From IMG/VR virus record IMGVR_UViG_3300030202_003282, positions 32,001-96,000 of that record: DNA of 64,000 nucleotides. The stretch is one strand, 5' to 3'. This DNA is from a virus. A program made the position numbers and the translations under genes. This document shows positions 22,201 to 26,600 of the stretch, piece by piece. The notes below the pieces were generated by a model. It was not told the DNA's origin. It saw only the letters and a list, made by a program, of their open reading frames with translations, and searched no databases. Position 1 is the first letter of the stretch; the number at the start of each line of letters is the position of its first letter.

Positions 22201-23621
22201 AAAATGTTGAAGCAGATCAAGATAATGCATATGTATTTTCAGAATCTCAAGGTTATAAAGGGAATGCAAAAATTAAAGATCTTGATAATGCATTTGGTAT
22301 TCAGTTTAAAAAAGATGCTGGAATAACTGAAGAAAGTTATTTTACTAATGATGATTTAGCAGATTTTCAAGAATTGATTGATGCTCAAATTGATGCTATA
22401 TTAGATGACGGAAGAAATGTTATTTTTCCTAGAACATTTTTAAGCAAAACTGAAAAAACAAATATTGCTAAATATGGTCCTGAAATTTTTAATTACATGC
22501 AACAAAGAATGCAAGATGTATTTAATTATAATATAAAAACTAATGATATAACAGCTGAAGGAAAAATAAGTGAAAAAGCTGCTGCTAATAGACCTGCATT
22601 AATATTAGAAACTGAAGAAGGAAATGGATTAATAGTAGATGTATATAATGGTGTAATAGCAAGACCTTCTGAAACAACATCAAAAAATGAAATTAATGAA
22701 AGATTTTATAGTAATGTAAGTAAAAAAGCTAATAAACAAGTAAGTATTAATCTATCAACTTTAGAAAGAACTCATGGTTTTAAAACAGTTAGAGTAGACA
22801 CTAAAGATGGATTAAGAACAGAAATAATTTTTCCTGCAGAGCTTAGAGTAAAAGAAATGATTGCAGAAAAAAATGAAAATGGAAGATTAATTAAAACACC
22901 TTTTATTAGAACGTTTGAATTAAAAAAGATTTGGAGTGGGACTAAAACAGGATCAACAGAATTATTGACTACAAATCAACCAGTAGCTATTGGCAATAGA
23001 GCTGAATATATAGAAACTACTCCGGTTGGTTCAAATCAAGCAACTCCAATTGCATTTTCATTTGATGGTGAAGTTCCAACATATGAAAACATTAGAAGAG
23101 GAGTGCTTGAAAGAGAAGAAGGAGATAATGATAATGAAGACAGCAATCCATTTAGTGCTGGTGTTATAGGCAATAAAAAATTTATAACTAAAGAAGATTT
23201 AGCTAAAGAACAAGCAGTACAAAATGGAAATATTAAAGCAGATGAAAATGAAATACTTGTAAATGGTGAAAATATTGCAGGTATTAATAAACAAGAAGAA
23301 ATTGAACCTACTATAGAAGATAATGGGTTAAATGAAACTACAGTTGTAGATCCTACAGATAGTGGACCTAGTATTGATATAGAAGCTTTAGGTTATACAT
23401 TTCCTGGTTCTGTTGATGAATCTTTTGTATTAATAGATAACTTTATTGAAACTGAAATAAAATCTAAATCTAAAGCTGAACAAACAGAACTTTGGAAAAA
23501 GATGAAAGAAAATAGTGAAGGTATAATTAAAGATGAAGAATCAACTATAGAGGCATATCAAGACAGTGTGTTTGAAACTGAAGAAGAATTCATTGATTAT
23601 CTAAAAAAATGTATAATTTAG
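7287..23621 (+). CDS. Giant virion-packaged RNA polymerase polyprotein (double-psi beta-barrel RNAP) with zincin metallopeptidase and Macro-like domains
   Basis: 5444 aa. RIPSQ (nt 19680), GADFDID catalytic loop (DFDID at 19797-19811) and AMTDNAKE (20661) resemble the phi14:2 gp66 / crAss vRNAP. HEAFH lies at 13971-13985 with a downstream EEYMADEF. The N-terminal region is G/A-rich and hydrophobic. Confidence 0.88.
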   Translation: MEDFNQLDPQLPDPTDPNGEFNNLLDPNLNYGKPGAPDMPVIDPNFADEVANRGLHTDLGYQMRQEFDYKPIQEYLAPDIHEGWTNAVNMETANMIQANAPMINASSIGGVSNTLGSKPGPAGLDWNPSGPTEDDRWLNQLSNTTISEDQTQPEMLGDPMEFGIRSSNFERYYNHPNFQKLGFNPYVDNESYYNANSSAWDDSLRMWPQFGGQYATGFSSIFRSIGDLFDDDPYFTAADIESAQEMQDQMRIGMSSRGGASGFMNNLTLNLGYTAGIVSEMALEELVLWGAAALQGGMNPASDAMAVASGANVIRRFGNLVKGGFGFVKMAETAKLLKAMTASQTAKAVWNTTKGIGKGAGKFFTPNTLYAMKYWRTTGKAAEGLTNMAKVSRTAGAFYRDVRAVNLAVSESKLEGGLVYNERMSAGLAQWYAKPENKGKQPTAQDLQEIQVNAANAASSTALWNIPFIYATNKLVLDGALTGFKPISRLMDESLSGWQRRVMRQAATKGGMPQKNIWKKISKGKLGGWLPSTQMMKQWTIKGSMKRGAAGSLRYFSGNLGEGVQELYQEAVSHGIKDYYSAIFDDPAMAGSDAMLASAGEGIKSQWGAQGGEVFLSGFLMGGLIQGPQKLFFEGVPALYQSKFQKEKWNEYQKNKEDYIDLAVENLNNVHNSQVDNPDKFMDFDKMNFVAQKQAAEEMMKSAYENDVYGFYNHKDDLKYRALYSVLGEYKMKGYLKDQLKDYLKLDDKMLAEAFPGNQADIKNGKFRERIQDMIGQIDQHDKIVRKDMRQNKNPYDRTQFEDGSTEWKRELLRERAWEHARFLKLFTRNKWKRAGERIQEIDKELESHPVLSKLAANDLIALSDVETLDREITLLREDLKLTKGETKKEKELLKSKTDRLRLLENVNKVLNDETNYNKTGQRRGHFNKKKLNSLEKPVVKYLEYLAKERNQNIEWGEVKGLIGLLVDRTNLKDDSLKYGRSVRFMENPKEFEKIVDKTFEYLEKRFKNAKSELRKRMKKYAAQQEGIGLVKAFENLNEGSGVIPTPEALDYFFKSEDATVFLQQTEDGTLVNLVTESGGINKESSPLVYNEIVRLVGQYNRAQGQTESESAEDMSMGDEFDVEYETDETSEKATDDQVKKPKRKVEILKPQAEEVLNKKHKSHVSKTITEGGKKPLSPEGFRKSKEGQNIIKTFIRLEEKYQNYLNSVPEGQNQLQFEQWLASNETNPEIADIVNNAGLAFSDLSGKENPQNLPADKLQPSDKEVKDYQIPGLHLIERTGESGDTTITYYVILDENGNNTYNTYKGLSTAKTKINDTYTTLDDAKKAWRKIEENMPDDTPFEFDGEQLFHGAIVNNKKTKDKYVVISTPKGLAKGKQMGKRKLFLLPLNLVDAPKAQKNKGTLKLNAGEFKNKYELIDETFEPALTNTSKLNPNEFTTFYAWENKIAGESKADAQMRMDYILNNLTNEELNNLEFEIIRNKEVTAPEPFQIKQSKDGKTYEPNNQVLIGSERYGIALVIKDPAVRVKVETILAESKAFAELLDSTGNPSGKYLNENGTVAFYGAAKQRVFKDSSGNTIEVPNMTSAQIRQIFRPSYSGTALYLDKSIKDGYAKQQYILEQLLKAKEAGAVSVPVSNLDGGIILKSSPGRLAYVSKGSALVPLSELSNYSADNNGNVLILDNQRVDTEYTKKDLEQLEKDNPDTIYKVDNQGKVYKVAGNPISNLKGKALTKLYNEVKAGMGNYLNSAMAAGRYVAIIKLPNGVYTYAELQSQKLNEEEISDVLVDIKERATKTIKDNVVKEENEPWSDATVKDEFYNTKISKTYPEGYNNELNKKFYIYSLPGYTVSMKVSSYGYVQIEFYNQKNSDKTFTIKINQDQISEMKPDIANFNALVGEIATDFITGNENLSKSQKQALETLVAGGTIFSTDNFRKSIDRKITNVDDIINNVDSKIDSRIRYDVGLLIDVTDSSVIQALKVKENITDTPVEETEEPGGSIDLKDLQNQDPTIKLIDDLTDEEFNESRELGFEDISNEQLQAIADKDQNKLSSKESLVIKVLDSRYQPMIAAKAVEMSTAANKRTELQNKRKEVIDEIKLIKAENRTAAGELYPEDNVKMNKERMALNEKSKRLKALEKEQKSIESQLAKGALKVVSESAEVNNPEDLDVFIEWVQTVLPDFVTIGDINTLRERIITNGYTVGAFVMNLKQMSGGIDINGTIFTGENMPSRYHEAFHAVFRMLLTEEEQKVYYDIAAKEVREKLRKEGKVFNEELQKLKNSSVIYSNLSTEQLKKEYYEEYMADEFEKFKKDPKSTKTNSLIKSLFNRFVEWIKSILGNKNRTELTSFFKAINEGKYKNATIQNNAFTDKPSLMNGANIALAQIPIDFVEYETYNPFTKQDETQFQTVYMPSRDVDKILHSMAAIYLNRKMNATGVWIGADQLEDVMDQFALMFNPESETNLMKPDLDQMEDQLALYNEAFENSITRMEIRNAVEKVLSLADIQISEEEEIIDAQEETNGLRDTSQWDLDASMIGGYSSLASSLRQFIMTTAVETSDSFGNTELPSGEKLIVPVNFVEAYNLLLKASANRTSSQDVLKAMNAFTLNGNHEGAAVVDRIFTEIGISRDDVLAGDFDNVKNPYFYTSVIKAFDQVRLDYIFVHRDEDGNVLLYDAASRDDAKSQFNHWNDAYDMQFDKLRFDSKLREEIIEKLRELQTEYFGESMASLDGKAADTLIQDSEEYSNFIQDKLGISLSPTYIQYSILDNVVTKNESQQALMDVYTAEVLDFEDLEQMMLHLSLNQNLFVQEEGEGIRGRLEKLARGNAAFDERIGASVFRNPNGDLVYAHQLPTMHTVKINELNDINNLEDLKDGAYLERNALLNDPYFYQLATEKRIKVLRIAGSKEGGTIDEDTLVETSGMSNDVSGVTYGDSTPQEFIVDLINVYTYFYNTNKKEVEGVSIGDDIPRALAPSLIRVIEASNQGDFIGLPVIKSVVKNEDGETAISEEALNKFVNELENEYNRIKRESNTDTATEDLIVGYNAREANGTIIPDESGRAFKLSNTGNLVSPKKARSIDRSRSVDEIYVAPEQAELLYDEKNPTNLIIRTPATAIKLGIRNGETATVDITKKGNKKTQDEIEKFTLRSRGKITVDETNIDSIIKAFGSSVSTTEVKDWFDLKIGDKKWWVQNYKILQFLQGKKAMVAYDITKGETAPVDTQSTQPTSDVETYKGLVDIKNLKDNEDTAFGSNQFGFHGGGTAGILYANDPRAYKKQEIEGKGLRVEVGKARGFQTGIEGSSYALQTVTDWKLKMNDPKRQVSKSEITSQIKDMYDYYRKNSDRKVYVLYTTGGKNLNGYSSLEMAKMFASAGPIPSNVVFNEDLIALVDTASQPIEQTSEVEAEEGSEAIQQTKLSESQIFEDLKTKLEEKAKAGRSFKQALNEIPGIDQNILKSLMEERLMEEFQDFRITLDEINATNSISSKILDGFFNENNKVGPLENDAMNALNLRTEDPDFNLMQIYFNDWLNSKSFNDVILGDQAMSLKDAVEKIKRAKANNAAGYSAQTDIYNEDIDILHPVENISLFTITDPKYKQLFDFGKEGEGDKADAQMWMTIKAFQYMWFGFGKLNAKQNAIIQKLKKGEKLTSEDIFGNPETGAEGLKSFNAFINSKKLVYADGNTFLKMSAFVLTKQLTSRKNSQGQWVAKENRKELHSLRENLESFEEREWNENGNGTLAIATPMSASKMFKSSVLNEEKLFSSSENLAVDQSTTLSAKWMRLQMINPSGKVTITDPTQMKSLVTSEQNDATEVWINGEKTDLGTIRKAYQKSTSNRAQLKFINQRNLLLDFNVETAMRELETSKIEGDFTVDLHSFLEYAIEGLESSQSSASIIEYFRQDADGQSRNLNNPITINKFEQLFLSYFSKQVFREKIPGHKVSLLSGKGFKVYRKVLSVDENGQPERSEIIRDDQWEAMSENERPALFKTEYDDVKNKTFVGLEQALKSNIKGGVVVLDELKFNVKEFDENGNETGQRYAEYIMPPHFKSIMDKIIATGGETITASEIQKKWKTWANTKSYSPKADDYIVRSKIEGFDANRSKKEYAVAFGYATTTNKKGDIVFLSKNGKGLANIPETVAKAFGVRIPSQDMHSSINLKLVDFMPAYYGSTAVFPDSLIEVSGADFDIDALYMQIKDFYEDGNSFKSYGSATTKIGKYREYIDYQMKDAYKGGSSLDAARKKYLAKGVNRNTSLTDKQKAKAKEEGLSDDVIGALMVLGLPITQKQYETYKAERSYTVGKGENKIEFEQEPYAAPINNDVLDQKFALLGNEAMTLTKDGRQVPIAYESAVLDPLLEEWDWIQENLPELAELTQEDDVDVDNLSGKLKAWTNNKEGARGIGAAVLPNVILNLLKEARVKYRSIKVDGRETYPQIRYNGVTFNEFGTEIEIDPITKKEKVGGERTQFVISALITAMTDNAKERLAAKLGLNKDALATVVNLTALGVPIRTSILLINNPMIKRFYWENSNKENPEDAGIFKRVKDMLTGPGGLEDVYLSLYGKDLATDAKLEVTDAKLSEAIKEMNDFNSDERKSGTMFSSKNAESRRYSKSMFQRDYKILKQWQSAHRLKKFTGELQSVVNLAKTLGQNFQNVQDRNNAVENLGLFYEGPYSSLTMSNITNEPIGLPLENGWQKIFKGDDQTFHGNNLNMDRQLQDLLPKIFLSKTEKFQDILNVTLSNMNQRVLQDRYKGSKLYDKISTDLISYVTIKAYIQGLRKAGKPVSLSSLNNGLIYKENGSPVQIDDVINRLRKVYEGKENYFLNRFIFNDSQYKPTNTTGINQLKSTTWTKVSPAQVEKIQNGFADIFSNIDTRSDAIHIAHYLMVKDGLQFKSGSILSAMAPFIYDLYLDYVDIAHEAFQTEEDNKAFADIFGMSHKEMIGDFTLGYLKANPINWMLNTVGNSGRKNGRNIGVYAPGENKYQIGSFKIENVEADQDNAYVFSESQGYKGNAKIKDLDNAFGIQFKKDAGITEESYFTNDDLADFQELIDAQIDAILDDGRNVIFPRTFLSKTEKTNIAKYGPEIFNYMQQRMQDVFNYNIKTNDITAEGKISEKAAANRPALILETEEGNGLIVDVYNGVIARPSETTSKNEINERFYSNVSKKANKQVSINLSTLERTHGFKTVRVDTKDGLRTEIIFPAELRVKEMIAEKNENGRLIKTPFIRTFELKKIWSGTKTGSTELLTTNQPVAIGNRAEYIETTPVGSNQATPIAFSFDGEVPTYENIRRGVLEREEGDNDNEDSNPFSAGVIGNKKFITKEDLAKEQAVQNGNIKADENEILVNGENIAGINKQEEIEPTIEDNGLNETTVVDPTDSGPSIDIEALGYTFPGSVDESFVLIDNFIETEIKSKSKAEQTELWKKMKENSEGIIKDEESTIEAYQDSVFETEEEFIDYLKKCII

Positions 23622-23635
23622 AATAAAAAAAAAAG

Positions 23636-26600
23636 ATGGCTAAATGTATAAATAGAAGTGCTCCAGAATATGCTCCTTTATTAAAGAAGTATAAGTCTGT
23701 AATTACAGTAGATAGTATTATAAATAAATGGCAAGATTTTAATTTTGGTACAGATTTATTTCCTACAGTAGCACAAGCGGAAGAATATCTTAATAATAAA
23801 AAAGCAGTATATTCATTAAAACAAAGAGAATTTGATGAAGCGTTAGTTGCTAATTTAAGAAAATTAGGTTTAGTGCAAAGAAGAAATGTAAATGGTCAAT
23901 TAACTATTTATGTGCAGAATACGCCTAAAGAAGGAGCCCCTTATATATTTAGAGCAGAAAAAGATCAGCTGTTAAATAATGAGCAATCTAAAAAAGTTGC
24001 AGATGAAAATTTTAATAAAGTTTTAAAATATCTGCAAGTTCACGGAATGCCTTTAGATTATTTTATTCCTACGTATACAAAAAGAACTATAAGATTAGAT
24101 GTTAATCCTTCTGCAGTTAAACCAAAAGATATAATAGAAATAGCTAAAAAAGCTACTAGAAAAATTTCTCCTAATACTACTGCAATATTAGAGCATTTAG
24201 GACAAATGTTTCCTCAATTAAATATTAATGTAGTTAATAAAGAACAAGCACGTAGATATTGGGAATCATTACCACAAGCAATAAGAGGGTTAAATAAAAA
24301 TAAATTTGACCAGGTAAACTCATTTTACTATAGAGGAAATGTAATATTAATTGAAGGAAGAATTAATAGTGAAACAGCAATAGAAGAAGTATTACACCCA
24401 TTTATGGATGCAGTATATGCACAAAATAAAAGTTTATTTGAAGGTTTATTGTCAGAAGCTAAAGAAAACTTTCCTGAATTAGTTGTTAAAATTGAAAATG
24501 CATATAAAACTAGTGATGATGTATTTTTTGATCAAACTCAAATAGATAAAGAAATAGTAACACAAGCTTTATCTAGACATTTTAATAGAGAATATGAAAA
24601 TAATCCAACAGAAAGTTGGACAACAATGATAAAAGATTTGTTTGATTTTTTTATGACAATTTTAAAAGATCTACATAAATATATAAGTGGTAAAAATTTA
24701 AAAGGAGTTAGAGTTGAATCTATAGTTGGCTTTGCAAAATTATCTGATATTGCTAAACTTTTAAATACTTCAAATATTTCATTTGATTTATCATTAGCAA
24801 ATAAAGATAAAATAAATAAAGTTCAGTATTCTTTATCTCCAGGTAAAATGGCTATTATAAATGCTGCAATAGCACAAGGAAATCCGCTTCAACAAAAAAT
24901 TGTAGCACAATTATTTCATACACCTGGAAATGTACCTATGGATAAAGATAGTGCTTTTACAGATGAAGATGGTAATTATGATTTTTTAACTGCTACAGGA
25001 GTACAGGATGGTGAAACTATAATAGTATTAAATGCAAAAGATCATGTATACTATAATGTAAAGACGGGAGAAGCATATACATCAGCTACTACTGTTATAA
25101 AAGGTACAATGCCTGAATCAGTGAGAAAAGATAAAAGAATAGCTCTTGAATTAGGAAATGATTTTGATGCAATTACAGACGGTATAGCTGCAGGATTAAC
25201 TTTAGATCAAATTAAAGATAATATGACAATATTAGATCCTGAAGTAATTAGAGATGCATATAATCAAATATTTGCAACAGTTAATAATATTGAAATGGAA
25301 CCTACAATGGTGGGTAAACCAGAAAGAAATATTGTTTTACCACAAGTAATTTTATATGATGAAAAGACAAAAACTGCTGGTACAGTAGATTTAATGGTTA
25401 TTACACCAACAGGACAAATAAGAATTATAGATTTAAAAACTAGTAAAAATTCAATTAACAAAATTGATAGATTTTCTAAAAGTCCTGCATATAGTACAAA
25501 TAGTTTTCCTTTAGGAGAAGATTCTAAATTATTATATGAAACTGAAGATGGTCAATATTTATTAGATTCAAAAGGTAATAAAATTAGAAAAACAGAATTA
25601 TCTGGAAAAAGAAAAGGTTTGCCTTTACGTATAGAAATGACTACAAAGCAACAACATGATATGCAAGTTAATCTTTATAGAAGAATGGCTGAAAACATGG
25701 GGTTAGAAATTGAGCATGGTAGGTTAGGTACAATGACTTATCATATTCATGTTCCTTGGACTACAAAAGATTTTAATAAAGATGGTAAATATACAGGAAC
25801 ATTTAGATTAGAAGGTTTCCAAGTTCAACAAGATCAACAAAATGAACTTTATATTGATCAATTAGTACCTGAAGATAGAAATAGTTGGAGTGCTGAAAAA
25901 ATGCAAAGAACGGTTGAGCAAGATGAAAATTCTCCTTTAAAGGATAATTATTTAAATGATAACGAAGCATTGCCAGAAGATATTACTGATGCAAATGGGC
26001 TTACAGAATACAATACTATTTTTACTGCATTGCAAGATTTTAAACAAGGATTGTTAGATAGAAAAACTGCATTATTACAATTAAGATCAGCAATTACATT
26101 AGACAAAACAAGAGCTGAAGCTGTTGAAATGATTGATGATAAAATAGCTGCTATTGAAGTTGCAACTTTAATAGGTGATGGTAAAAAAATGGCAGCTGAA
26201 TATACTAGACTTATGACATCTTCTATTAAAGAAATGGATAAGTTTATAGAATACATGAATAATCCTAAAAATTATAATTCTCAAAAGTATATTAATTATG
26301 CTTTAAATTTTGACAAGTTTATTGCAACATATTCTGGATTAAGAAATATAAAAAAATCTGGAGATTTGAATAATACTCAGATGAAATTATTATTGACTTT
26401 AGAAGATAAACTTAAAGAAATTGGTGGTTATCAAAAATCAGGTGGAGAAGTAGTAGAAGGACTTGTAGATAAAGCTATTTCAAATTATGTTAGAACATAT
26501 GTTAAAGAAAATAGTAACAGAGAAGATTTAGATGATGCTACATTAGATAGTATAATGAAGTTAGGTGAAGACATAGGCATGTTTGAATTTGGAACTTATG

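Noticed and set aside
23619-23638. TAG stop followed by an A10 run between the vRNAP gene and the next giant gene (possible amber readthrough or frameshift fusion)
   Set aside because: The next ATG is out of frame (14-nt gap) and the A-run lies after the stop. A-rich leaders are normal for Bacteroidota translation initiation.
2442-25461. Short antisense or alternate-frame ORFs inside the giant genes (e.g. 2442-2642, 8102-8359, 16214-16648, 18116-18496, 25264-25461)
   Set aside because: They are fully nested in long coding genes, with compositions typical of reverse-complement shadows and no motifs.
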